A stretch of DNA of 64,000 nucleotides from Bugula neritina (taxonomy: Eukaryota; Animalia; Bryozoa): NCBI GenBank assembly GCA_964035545.1, contig OZ037765.1, positions 25,543,504 to 25,607,503 of the forward strand. The letters run 5' to 3'. The position numbers and the translations under genes are program-made. The notes under the pieces are model-generated. The model was not told the origin of the DNA and ran no database searches. It saw only the letters and a program-made list of their open reading frames with translations. Positions 26,601 through 39,508 of the stretch are shown in pieces. Every line of letters starts with the position of its first letter. Position 1 is the first letter of the stretch.

Positions 26601-29407
26601 TATGCCTTTCCGACAATATCACACACTTGCATACAGTTATGGCCAACCAGTTTTGGTCAAAGCCTTTAGGACGGCCAAATCTTGACACTCTTGTCAAACC
26701 AATATGGTCAACATGGGCGGTGTACAAAAAGGACATCAACGAGTCGAGCCTGATGGAGTATGCTGACAGGTAATTGAAATGAAGATTTTACTTTGAAACA
26801 GAAACAGATTTTTATTGTGCAACTTTCACTAAAATTTCAAACTTTGCATTACACTACAATATTTCGGTTTTCCGTTATATGCATCTTGTGATACTAAAAC
26901 GTAATGCTTATATAGCAAGTGAAGGTGGTGAATTGCACATCTTGAAATCATGCAAAAGTGCTTTCCATTATTGCAATGAAATGGAAAAGTCAGGTTTAGC
27001 AAATCATTAACTTTATACATTGCACTTCTTTTTTTAGTCCATAACATTTTAAAATACAGATGGTAGTTTTGCATGATCTTGTCCTGGCAAAAAGCGTCAA
27101 TTTTATTAAAATACTTTAATTTATAAAAATGGTAAGATTTCTTTGCTGTAATGAATCTGATGGAAGTAACATACAAAATATTTTCTCAAAAGAGATTTAC
27201 CAATGCCCTACTTTCACTGACTGAACTATTAGTATTTTCACCATAAAAGCTATTTGTAGCTCAAACTTTTACAGTTACACATTTTATATAAGTAGTATAA
27301 CATTTCTATTGAATTGATATGTGCACCACAACTTCTTTATTATGTCAAGGACACTTTTAGCATAATTGTGATTAATACTTATTAATTAATCTTTTTTGTC
27401 AAACATATGATATCTAGAAGGATGCATGCTATTAGAATTCTGCTCATGTTGCAGAATTTTAAAGAATGATCTTCCCATTTCACAGCTAGAGATTGATGAT
27501 GATTGGACACCAAAATATGGAGATTGGGAGTTCTCAATAGAGAAGTTCCCAAATGCATCTGAAACAATGAAACAAATTAAACAGCGAATACCTGCTGTTT
27601 CAGTATGGATACATCCATTTATCAATGTTGACTCTACAGCTTTTGAGTTTACTGCAAAGCAAAACATGCTGATGAATATAGATGATACGGTACTAATCAA
27701 GATAATACACTTTCTCCAATCTTACCTGTTTGGTATCCATAAAAAAGGGCACATATCAAATAGCATAATTTTTAAAAGTATAAAATTATATGCAGCTGTA
27801 TTATTTTGTATATACTTTTAGATGCCAGGTTTAACACAATGGTGGAACCCTGGTTATGCTGGACTTCTGGATTTCTCTTCAAATGTTACTTCAAGCTGGT
27901 TTTTGCAGCAACTTGAAAACTTAAAGACCAATTATCACATTGACTCCTTCAAGTTTGATGCTGGTACATTATATTCTACATGTATTGCATATTATAACAA
28001 ATATTTATATTGCATTCACAGACTTGAATACCATGATGTTTATTCACTACATAAATATGGAACAATATTTATTATAGTATCAGGTGATGTAAAAAAGATA
28101 TGGCTGCTTTTTAGTTTTGTTATTAGCTGAACACTGTAAGTCTAAAAGTGGTTATTGTTTTCTTAGCAGTTCATAGATAATTAGTTTGATATTTCTGTTG
28201 TTCATGCCCATGTGTTTACTCGGTAAATAGTGGTAGAATCAGAGGTAGGACACAGGAAGAATGCATGATCTTGCTACTTTTTTATTATGAGAGTTTTAAC
28301 TTAGGAAATGGCCATAATAGAGATATTTTGCTAGGTGCAGAGATGTAGGTGTTTGCTTGCCAGGTTTATACATTTTAGTTTAGAATTTGGGTTTAAAGCA
28401 AGTTTTTTTTATTTCATAATCTGACTTCCTATATTGCACATCCCTACTGTTAGAAAACTGTAATTTTGCATTTACCTGTTGAATGAGGTCTGTACACCTC
28501 ATCCCTACCATTAAACTATAACCCCCCCCCCCCCCCCCCCCCGGTTATAGTTTCAGTTCAGTGATCCTTACTAGTAGCATCGTACCTCCTCTTAGCTTCT
28601 GTTCTATTGTTTAAAAGAAGTAGGTTTGTTCTTCTCATTACCAGTTTTATGTATTTTATGTTTTAAGGAGAGATTGTGTGGATGCCTGCTCAAAGTGACA
28701 TGTCTAAATCATACTTTCATCCTTCTGAATACATTCAGCATTACGTGCGAGTTGCTGTAAATGCTGACAGTTCAGGTAGACGACAGGAAGTTCGAGTTGG
28801 CTGTGCAACACAAGAAGCGCCTATACTTGTACGTATGTTAGATCGCCGGTCTAGATGGGGCATTGACAATGGCTTGAAAACTGTCATACCTACTGCGTTG
28901 ACATTTGGTTTGCTCGGATATCCTTTTGTCTTACCTGATATGATTGGAGGAAATGCATATGAAGGAGTAGAAGTTGAGCAAGAGTTATTTGTGCGATGGC
29001 TACAAGTAAATATATTTCTTCCAGCTATTCAGTTCTCAATTCCTCCTTGGCAGTTTGATGAAAAGACTGTGAACTATACCAGAGAAATGCTAAATATTCG
29101 AGAGTCTAAAAGTAGTGTGTTTGACCAGCTGAGCCAGGAAGCTGTAGATTTTGGTTGGCCAATGATGAGGCCCCTTTGGTGGATAGCTCCAAACGACTCT
29201 AATTGCTTCACTATTGATGATGAGTTTCTTTTGGGTAATGATATTTTAGTTGCACCAGTTGTTGAAAAGAGTGCGAGGTCAAGAGATATATATCTACCTA
29301 ATGGTAAATGGCAAGACATGATAAATAACAGAGAGTTACAAGGTGGAAAATGGTATAGAGAGTTTGATGCTAATTTGTGGGAACTGCCATATTTTTTTAA
29401 AGTGTAA
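23605..29407 (+). CDS. MYORG: Myogenesis-regulating glycosidase-like GH31 enzyme with N-terminal signal anchor, 9 coding exons
   Basis: Exons 23605-23684, 23865-24123, 24253-24417, 24700-24803, 25312-25423, 26549-26769, 27455-27689, 27822-27963, 28668-29407. Motifs PIWSTWA, LEIDDDW, KFDAGE (nucleophile), RMLDRRSRW (acid/base), GYPFVLPDMIGGN, QFSIPPWQFD. Confidence 0.92.
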
Positions 29408-30263
29408 TTTTGTTTAGGCAGAATTTTACTGCAATATGATATATAAAGGACTAGGTGCTTAATGCATAGTAACATAGTAGGCTATTATTATTGTTAGCAT
29501 TATTGTCTGTTATATGTTGATTTCATGGCCAATTGTTTTATTAGTTTCCTTATATTTGCAGGCTTGGAGCATTGCACAATTTCAATACATTTCATACTTC
29601 TTAACATAATTATGTTTATTTAAATCTTTATATTTATGAAGAATTATAAAAAATAATCAAGTAAATAGTAAATAAAGTAAATATTTTGATAACTATATTA
29701 CGTATAGTTATCAAAATATTTTGTTCTATATCTACATATTGGAACTTGCAGCATTGGCCTATGGTTGTAGAGTGCCAATTGGCTAGTTTTTAACTCTGCT
29801 AATGCTGATAATTGACATTATTCTACATCATCAAATTAATGAACTTTTAGAAATTTACTAAAAAATAGATACTGGCTACTAGCATATAATGGTACATAAT
29901 AGAACATATTATATGTGATGAAGCAGCCTTTTACCCATTTGGCATAACCAGCATAGCAACTTTAATATAATTTAACTGGTAGACTATCATTAGGGGCAGT
30001 TGTCTTCTCGTGATAATTTTTCAATTCAATAATGTACTGTTTTCTAACCCCATCAAAAACTATACAAGTTTACAATAATCATAAATACTATCATTTGTAC
30101 TTATTGCTACCAATACATCCTCTTTACGCTTGATGTTAATCTCTTTTTAGACATTGCTGATGAGGAAGGAATTTTTACTTTTAATAGTAAATATTTATGT
30201 GTACACGAATCAGTTTTACAAACATAATTAGTACATGTACCAGTAGCCTACCAATGCAATATA

Positions 30264-30302
<39 letters not shown>

Positions 30303-30303
30303 C
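30264..30303. repeat. (GCAC)n tetranucleotide microsatellite
   Basis: About ten perfect units. Confidence 0.95.
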
Positions 30304-30586
30304 AATGTTGCTATTATATGTGGGGGGGTAATAAAAATATGTAAATAAAAAAGATACAATACATGTAAACTTGAAATTTAAGATAATGTTCAGCCTTAAC
30401 TAACACTCCATGGAAGTTGGTTACTGAAGACTGTAGATGTTGTATATTATGTATGAGTATATTAGCATACCATACCAAATAATAATTATAAGTTTGCAAC
30501 AATATACATCTATGGTCACGATGGTCGTGTGGAATGTATAATGTAATAAAATTAAGCATCGCACAAGCGCCCGATAAAATAGTCTA

Positions 30587-30623
30587 GCACGTGATCAAGT
30601 AGCGTAAACTACTCTGCACGTGA
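30587..30623. promoter_or_regulatory. Paired GCACGTGA E-boxes in a CpG-containing patch, candidate promoter of the four-TM gene
   Basis: CACGTG at 30588-30593 and 30617-30622 with identical flanks G..AT. Confidence 0.45.
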
Positions 30624-32189
30624 TTAGTAGTTTGCTGCGTGGTCTCGATTTACGAATATCGCATTGTGCGGACAAATGATATGCCTTTCCCAAATTTTAA
30701 GTAAACAATTGTGGAAGTTTGGCTAATGCCAAAAGTTTACAAAACTGTTCTCAGTTCTTGAGATTTGAGTCATCATAATGACAATATTTATATTCATATT
30801 AACTTATAATTATTAAGTGGATGCTATTAATCATTATATATTTTATACTTATGCAGTTGTACTGTTAGACGTTAGTGGCATTGTTGCTCACCCTTATTAT
30901 TAATAGTTATAGTTACACTTGTTGTATAACTATAAGTATAACATTAACTATTGGCGATAAATGTAACATAAAACATTAACTATAACTATAAGTACTATAA
31001 CTATTACATTTACTTATTGCCTATTGCCATTGGTATTACTATTACTATTAGTATTACATTTACTGTATTACTATTAGTATTACTATACGTATTAGTATTA
31101 CACTTAGTCTTACAGTATAGTATTACTATACGTGTTACTATTAGTATTACACTTAGTCTTACAGTATAGTATTACTATTAGTATTACTATTAAGTATTAG
31201 TATTAGGCTAATAGTAATACTAATACTAATAGTAATAATAATACTGATATTAATTATTATTACTAGATTAGAATTAGTATAATACTTTTACTAATATCAA
31301 TAGTAATAGTAATAGTAATACTGTTAGTAATACTATATAAATACTATATTATAATTAGAATTAGTATTACATTTACTATTAGTATTCCTATTAGTATTAG
31401 TATTAGTGGAATTGAATATCAATATGAATATCAATACTGAATAAGATCAAGTATCAATATGAATATGGGCATAATAATAATTATCATATTGAAAATAATT
31501 TATAAGTATGACTTCAAGTTTTAGTTGATAACCATACTTACAGTTATTCATATTCATATTATTAATCAATTTAAATTATAATGCTATTCTTATAGTCTAT
31601 GACTATAAGTTAATATATAAGTATCAGTTCCCGTATATGATTGAATTTGATACATATTTAGTTTTACCCGATGTTTATTTGATATGTATACACTTATAAG
31701 TTACAGGCTATAGCATATAATTCATATTGATATTAAATTTAATATTAACTGTAATTTATAAAGTAGTTTGTCTCATGAAAATTAGAACACTCTAATGACA
31801 CCTAATGGCGCAAAATTCATGAGTGCATCTTGTGTTTTTTGTTTGGATTTATGATATACTAAATTGATTCTGATTAATTGATTGATTTATTGCATATCAC
31901 AGACATGACAACACGTTGTGAAATTTAGTGTAAATACCAGCTAAATATAAGTAGGCCTGAACAAAAATGAAAGAAAAAAGTAAAAACTTTGTTGGATTAT
32001 TTAAAATAGAAGCTCATTTAAAACATTTACAAGATCTCGCAAGAAGATTCCAGCATGTAGTTAAGCTAAGTTATAAGTTTTAATTGAAATATATAGGATT
32101 TTAACACTAGGCTAAACTGAGTTTGTGTTATGAGGTAGTATCCTCAAATATCTTATGTTTTAAGTGAGAAAACTGTCGTTAGATATTTG

Positions 32190-32750
32190 TGAGAATGCAG
32201 AAACAGATGTTGGTTCTCCTCTTTTAGCAGATCAAGTGTTAATTCGCCAATTTGAAATTAATAGTTTGCCATACGCAAATAAAAGCATTTCATGAATGGG
32301 TATTCTCATTGACAAAGTTAATCTGTGGTCTTTTTAAAAGTTTTAAACTGTAGCTCAGTACGAGTATCACTAATGCCAAAGTTTCCATTAAGGTTAACAA
32401 TAAAGCTATGACTTGGTTTTGGACGTGTTCAATTTCCTCATGAACACTTTTGCTAGTTAGGTTCCACAAGGTGTCTGCATATTCAAGAATAGGCCTACGT
32501 AGACTTAGGTATGCGATTAATTTTGCTTGCATGGGGGCGTTATAGATTGCATGCTAAATACAGCCAATTACTTTGCTCACATTGTTCACCTCCGGTGCAA
32601 TATGTCTGCCAAACTTCAGATTACATCAAGGTATTTGACCTCTTTAACTGTTTTGAGAGTAGTGTCACCAAGTGTATATAAAAGGGAGAGGTCATTAGTT
32701 TTTCTAAATATGATAATTCTCACTTATCGGTTTTAAATGGCATTTTCTAT
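32190..32750 (-). mobile_element. Decayed LINE reverse-transcriptase C-terminal fragment
   Basis: Peptide KLIAYLSLRRPILEYADTLW..IEHVQN resembles the LINE ORF2 'Y..LVRPILEYA..VW.P' region; boundaries approximate. Confidence 0.65.
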
Positions 32751-33170
32751 TTAAGTGGCCAACTATAAAGTGAGTCTAGGTCTTTGTATTTTGTTGTCAA
32801 CCTTAGAATATATAAGGATATTATTTTATATTAATAAGTTTAGTAATATAAATAGTAATTTAATATTGATATAAAAATATTATATCACTACATAGATTAT
32901 ATTATACAAATTCATATTGGCCTGAATTTAAATACAATATATGAATAAATTATACTCATATTCACACTGATATAATAATGATTATATTATAATTCTAATA
33001 CTAATAGTAAGAATCAATGCCAGGTCCAAGTAGCAGCAGCTCAATTAAATTAGTAGGTAATCAAATTCTAGTCATGGTCCGTACCAAAACTGTCAATTAA
33101 TTTGCAAGTAGTCTTTTGCACATACTATATTGAATAATGATGCTTAGATTTTTGTTGTCAGTATTTAAAG

Positions 33171-36100
33171 ATGGTGAAGCCAGACCATGACCACCTAATA
33201 TATGAAGACAATACTAGAACACTGCCGTCATTCAATGGCACCACCTCTTCTACAGACTTTGAGAGTTCCATACACGATCAACAGGAGCCTCTGCCTCAAT
33301 ACTATACTCATATTAAAGTTGTCAGTTATAATTGCCTAGTTTTAGGACTGCTAACAGCGCTTACTGGTGGGTATTCACTGTATGGTATGTATACTGAATG
33401 GTCTGTCATTAACCATTACTTCATAAGCATTTTTGTCAATTGAATTGAATATTTTAGGGAGTATCCAGGTCTTTGTGCTGCCTTTAGTGTGTCATGGAGG
33501 CTCCGGTCACATATCTTTCTCCTATGACTTCTTTTTTGGTTTTACAATGTGGTGTGGTATTTTGGTAAGTCACTCTACAACTATGTGTATTATGTACATT
33601 ACATGTATTGCTATTGTGTTCTTTACTTGGTTATTCACAGTAAAATACAAGGACTAATTATAGGAGAGAGTGGGGGAATATGGACCAGTTGGTAATATGG
33701 ACCACCTCCTGATTGGTCAAAAATATTTAGTGATCCTAGTTTTTTTCTTTATTATGTCATGCAACTTCCTTTTCTAAAGTATCACATGCTGCTTCTGCAT
33801 TTGTAATTCTGTTTCCACATACAAGGTGAGTAAATTACAATTATATGCAACCAAATGTAAATATTCTGAATCCTAGTTAAGCAGAAATATCTTTGCTGTA
33901 TATCAACTCACAAGTTTAACATTTTCCACAACAGCAACTCAGAATGTGTGAAAGTAACATGCATAAGCTTGAGAAGACAACACTTGAGAGTTTTGAAAAA
34001 TTTTTAAATTTCTCCTTTGATAGCTAGAGGGGTAAAATGGACCACTTCAAGCGGGGTAATATGGGCCAGCGGTCAATATTACCCCAACTCTAAGTGTTTT
34101 ATAACAGGTTATTATACATTTTTAAGTCATTAAATGTAGAAATCAACATAATTCAAAACAATAAAAAAGTATTGTTTCATGTTAAAACCTGCATGTATTT
34201 ACTCTGTTTTGAAGGTTTTAAAACAAAAATGCCAAGAAATTATCAACGAAAAATTGAAAGATCTAAATTTACTGAAACACAGCTTCAGTCAGCTTTAGAT
34301 AACATTAAAACAGGACTCAGTCAACATGAATCTGCTGCCAAATATGGGATTCCAGGCACTACTCTTAGGTATGCAGCTCAAAGTGGAGAGATAAAAAAAT
34401 CAGCATTAGGTCGGAAGGCAGTGTTTACGACAGAAGAGGAATCAAAGCTGGCACAATATATCATAGACTGTTCTAAAATGTTTCATGGGTTAGGCTTACA
34501 AAAAACCAGAGAGCTAGCATATAGCTACGCTATCAATTTACAAAAAGAAACAATCCCTGAATCTTGGCATGCAGAGAAAATGGCAGGCAAAGATTGGCTA
34601 TAAGGCTTCAGAAAGCGTAATGGTGTGGTGAGTCTTTGAACACCAGAAGCGACCAGTCTAGGCAGAGCATCGACTTTCAACAGAACGACAGTTTCAGAAT
34701 TTTTCACTAACTTGGAACATGTTCTTAAGCGCTACAAGTTTACTCCTGACAGCATATACAATTTAGATTTTACATGAATCGTCAAATTCAACTGTTCAGC
34801 GAACTCAAAAGGTTTTAGCCCAAAAAGGCATTAAACAGCTTGGAAAAGTGACAAGTGCTGATCGTGGAATGACCATAACCATGCTTTCCTGTGTGAGTGC
34901 ATCAGGTCCAAGTCTCCCACCCGCATATATTTTCCCTAAAGTGAACTTTAAGGATAACATGATGATTGGAGCTCCAGCTGAATCGAAGGGATTTGCAAAC
35001 CCTAGTGGCTGGATGAACAATGAGCTGTTCCCTCAAGTATTGAAACATTTTATCATTCATTTCAGTGGTGCAGCAGAAAAACCAAAGCTACTGCTCCTAG
35101 ACAACCATGCCAGCCATGCCACTTAGGAAACTATAGATCTAGCAAAAAATAATAACATAACTATCATAACCTTCCCTCCTCATTGTAGCCATAAATTACA
35201 ACCACTAGATGTTAGTGTTTTTAGTCCATTTAGAAAATATTATAACACATTTCTTGATGGTTGGATGCTGTCAAACCCTGGAAAGACATTCTCCATGTAT
35301 AATGTTGCAGAATGCAGTTGCAAAGCATACATGAAGGCAATGACACCAACAAACATTACAAAAGGTTTTCTGGCAACAGGAATCTATCCTTTTAATAGCG
35401 AGGTTTTTGAAACTGATGATTTTATGTCATGCAGTGTCACAGATCGGCCAAGCAGCTCTGCAGAGATGCATGCAAACTCTGCCCCACTTCCACCTCTACC
35501 AAAAGCTCCACCCGAAGTGTCAATGCCACTAAAAGAAGACGCCAAAAGTCGACTATATTGACAGCAACTCCCCAAAAACCAAATGACGTTGCGGTGACCA
35601 GCAGCTTTCTACTTCCATCATTGAAAGTCGACCAAAGACCAGAAGACGACTACAATCTTAATATATTAATATACACCATTTTGAGAAATATAGACACTAG
35701 TTTGCAATAATATGTTATGGGCATAATTAGATTGTTGTTTAATTTAAATAAAACCATCAGAAATGTCAAGCCAAACTTTTTTAATAAATGAATATACCTG
35801 TTGTTTCCGATGTCCATATTACCCCACCGCGGGGGAGAAAATGGATCGCCTGCTCAAATTACAAAATGTGTTGCACATGAAAAACTATTTACTTTCATGC
35901 TAAAGTTTTCTAGCATATAATTGAGTAACATGTTGCAGTAATAAAAATTTAGTTTGCCTGGCTCTCTCTCGAAATAAAATATTCATATTGGTGCTTTTTT
36001 AAAAGTTTGTCCATATTCCCCCACTCTCTCCATTAGTATTTGATTTTCTTGATTACATTTTATACAAAGTATTGTATATTTGATAGCTGACACTAACTGC

Positions 36101-38248
36101 TGCTACTGGAGTGAGAGTAACTTTTACTAAGAGACTAACTACAGTAAGTATTATAAGCAATCATGTTGAAAGTTTCACTACCTATGCTATATAATGTTGT
36201 ACAGCTCATAATGTGGAGACAATCTATGTTTAGTTTTCGCATCACAACTATTGAAGGACTTTTTAATCATTTAATGGAAAAGAATATTTTTCTAGTGCTA
36301 TGCTGTAAAGGAGATAAATTTTCAATCAGTCTTATTTTGTTTTAACTTAGTTATATGAGAAAAATAACTACAATGGGCAGTCTAGGCAGACTCTGTAACA
36401 AACAGTTAAACCAGGAACATGTTTTTGTAAATATTTCATACCTGAGCCAAAAGTGATAGAAGTATGTCAATTCAGTTCTTAAAATATGCTGAATATTGTA
36501 GGAAAATTATTTTGATTCCACTAAAAGTTTGTAAGATACTATGAGCTGAACAACAGTTGCAGCTCAACTGGCTTTAAATGTTTCATTCTAGTTGGTGTTA
36601 GTATCTATTACAACTTTACAGTGGCTGTCTGTAGTCACTTCAAGTAGTAATACTGTAGTTATTGTAGTTGTTTATGTTCAATATAAAATGTATATTATAT
36701 TTTATTATGTTTAGTTGTATTGAATACTACTTAGTAATGAGATTGCGTGATATGCAAAAACAAACCTGTGAGTGGGCAACATTTTCAATTAAGTTTTTTA
36801 GCCAGCCAAACTTAATTAACTTTTGGAGTTGGTGTTTTATGCATAGTCTTAGCATTCAGCCAGAATTAAGAAACTTTTCGATGTCTTTCATAACTTTCCC
36901 ACATTTTTAGCTAAACCGGTACTGTTGTCTTCAAATCTTGTGTACAATAATCTATATTGTTGGGACAATCATCATGATGGTAACATTTCTCACCGGATCT
37001 CTGATTAATGTGGTAAGGATTATGGACACTTTATAACATAATATTCTAATGATTCAATTGTGTACTTTTAAACTCAAAATTATGTGTGAAGATGACTCAA
37101 GATCAATTATGAATTTCTATAATCATGAATGATTGCTGCAGCCTGCAACAGTTCACTCTTAGAATGACATTTCTTTGTTATTTGCACAGACATATATCTG
37201 TTCTGTTAGGATACCTGTTTGGTTGCTGGTCATTCAGTGAGTGCCGTGTTCTTGGGTCTTGGGATGCTCCTTCAAATGGCCATTCTAGCTTTCTCATCTC
37301 ATACGCTGTATGATGGGAAAATAATATCGTTATCTACATTATGCATCCGAGCTACTAGGGACAAGTGTTGTCCAAAGGTAAATATTATTCGACTATAATC
37401 TAGATTCTTGGATTTCAGTAATTTTATGCTAGTATGTAAACTTTTGTTATTTAACTAGTTGAGCTATTTTTAATATATATTATCTAAGTTGCATTCACCA
37501 GCTTTTGCTGCACCTAAGCCAATGTGCAGCCATCAACTAGTTAATAATGGCTTGCTGATTTATTTACTAACCTAAAAAGTAGATTTTGTCTTCATTATTT
37601 ATTCATTCTATACTTAGCCAATAAAGTAAGCATAAGTTGACATTTTTAACCAATCAGTAGTGGGCACTAAAGTGCTTTGTAGTGGCCTCCATCTTTTCGT
37701 TAAAGTTACTTGGTTCCATGCATAGAAATCTAGTTATTCTTACCTCAGCATTTTTAATTCACTAAATTGTTCATCAGTATGTGTAGTTTACAGTAAGCAC
37801 CACCACTGTATAAAAATTGTCTTCCATTTTGTTTATAACAAGTTATCAAATGTTTATCATTTTTATTCTGATGAGCAACATCATGGATGGCTATGAGACA
37901 CAAGTCATAGTGCTTGAGCATTCCAAGTCGAAGGAGCAGATAATTTTGTGATCAAGTTTAAGAAGTCATGAGTTGCTAAACTGCTATGATTGCTCTTATG
38001 TTTGGACAACAAAGTGTTTTAATATTGAAATATCTCATCAGGACTTGGACTTCCTGGGCGTTTAGGATCTAATGTTTATAATTAATTTGAAACCACCCAT
38101 CTATATATATTGTATTTTTAGGCAGCATTATTATCAGTGGTAAGCTGTAAGCCAATGTTTTTCTTGCATCATCTGCTGTATACATAAATTCTAACTGTTG
38201 TAGGAAGCTTATAGTGATGATGTGTCACAAGATTTAGCAGTCAACTAA
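33171..38248 (+). CDS. Uncharacterised four-transmembrane protein (MS4A/sarcospan-like topology)
   Basis: Exons 33171-33384, 33458-33564, 36087-36143, 36911-37012, 37210-37377, then probably 38122-38139 and 38204-38248 splice in frame; four hydrophobic segments including FTMWCGILLTLTAATGV. Last two exons less certain. Confidence 0.65.
33663..36031 (+). mobile_element. Full-length, decayed pogo-superfamily (DD35D) DNA transposon in intron 2 of the four-TM gene
   Basis: Perfect 23-bp TIR GGAGAGAGTGGGGGAATATGGAC (33663-33685 / 36009-36031); subterminal GGTAATATGGAC-like repeats; encloses a transposase pseudogene. TA on the left flank only, so the TSD is imperfect. Confidence 0.9.
34229..35600 (+). 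pseudogene. Transposase pseudogene (HTH_psq + CENP-B-like HTH + DDE_1)
   Basis: MPRNYQRK..AAKYGIPGTTLR, AGKDWL*GFRKR, YNLD[7-bp insertion]ES, LLLLDNHASH, HKLQPLDVSVF; 35 codons between second and third Asp (35100, 35208); stops at 34601, 34638, 35124. Confidence 0.9.
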
Positions 38249-38887
38249 TTATTGTTATGAGCAATAATTAGTGTAAGGAGTGGAGATAATGTGATAGTTA
38301 TCCCCCCCATCCAACATACTCATTGAGATAGCAAGAGCTAGGGGCTTTTTTTATACCCATTTTTATATATTTTCATGCATAATTAAAGCTGAAATCCAGA
38401 AATTTGCTTATTTACTTATGTTTGAAATTTAAATCATTTTTAGAATTCAGTGACAAACTGGCATTTATGTACATTCATCTTTACTTTGGATATTTCAGCT
38501 CTGAGCAGCTGGCAAATAAATTTTTTTTTATATGACATTTAGAGAACCGTAAAATTGATTTCGCCTTTAACTCTGGCATGTTAATCTGATTTTACTGAAC
38601 AACTGCAACGTTTATACCACATTCTATTTAATATTTTACGGTGCAAAGCTTCTGAAATAGTTTCCATGTGTTATCACTACACTAGGAACAACTCCATTGC
38701 AATAATTTTAAATAGAACATGCTTGCAATTGAATTCAACTGTTCTAGAGTAAATGCACCAGAGAGAAGATAATTCTACATAACATTTTTCATAGCTGAAA
38801 TTCCCAGCTCAACATAATACCTTGCCATGATTCTAAAATTAACCACCAATAAAATACTACTTATTTTGCAAGATCTTTACTATATAA

Positions 38888-39237
38888 CAAGGGTGGGCAA
38901 CTGGGTATCCTAGGGTCACTTGTGGCCCTTCGAAAGCTTAATATGAGTAAAAACTGTTTTATTCACTCTGATTAGCAAAGTATAGGTGTGGCGACAATTT
39001 TCCTTATTATAATAAAATTTACTGTGTGTATATTCATGTGGCCCTTTATTTTGGCAGACTTCTAAATTTAGCCCACCTCTGCTATATAACAGAGGTGGGC
39101 CCATTTAAAAAGCTGGTATATATGCATTCCGATTAGCAGTGTAGGTTTGGTGACAAATTACTCTACAATAAAATTTAAAATGCACACGAAGCAGCCGTTT
39201 GCTTTGACCCTCATGCAAAAGAAGTTGCCCACCCAGT
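38888..39237. mobile_element. Old hAT (Charlie-like) MITE
   Basis: Ends CAAGGGTGGGCAACT ... AGTTGCCCACCCAG; degenerate NTATATAN flanks. Confidence 0.6.
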
Positions 39238-39508
39238 TTATATACTACGTAAGTGGATCAAATTTGAAATTACAGTAACTTAAAAAACTTGAAAGTAATA
39301 GACAAATGATATCATTGATCTGTTGTTCCACAGTTATATTCTATAATTTACAACACACTTCAATTCTGGGATATATTTCAATTTTTTAAGGCTAGATGTA
39401 GTTTGCTCGAGAATTGGCCTTTATAAAAGTTTATATCTGTGGTATCAACAGGACACCAAGTTTGTATTCAACGTTTTATTGGTAAATTCATTGCAATACA
39501 GAAACAGC

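Noticed and set aside
19107-29475. Antisense ORFs over FEM1 and MYORG exons
   Set aside because: Shadow frames of real coding exons.
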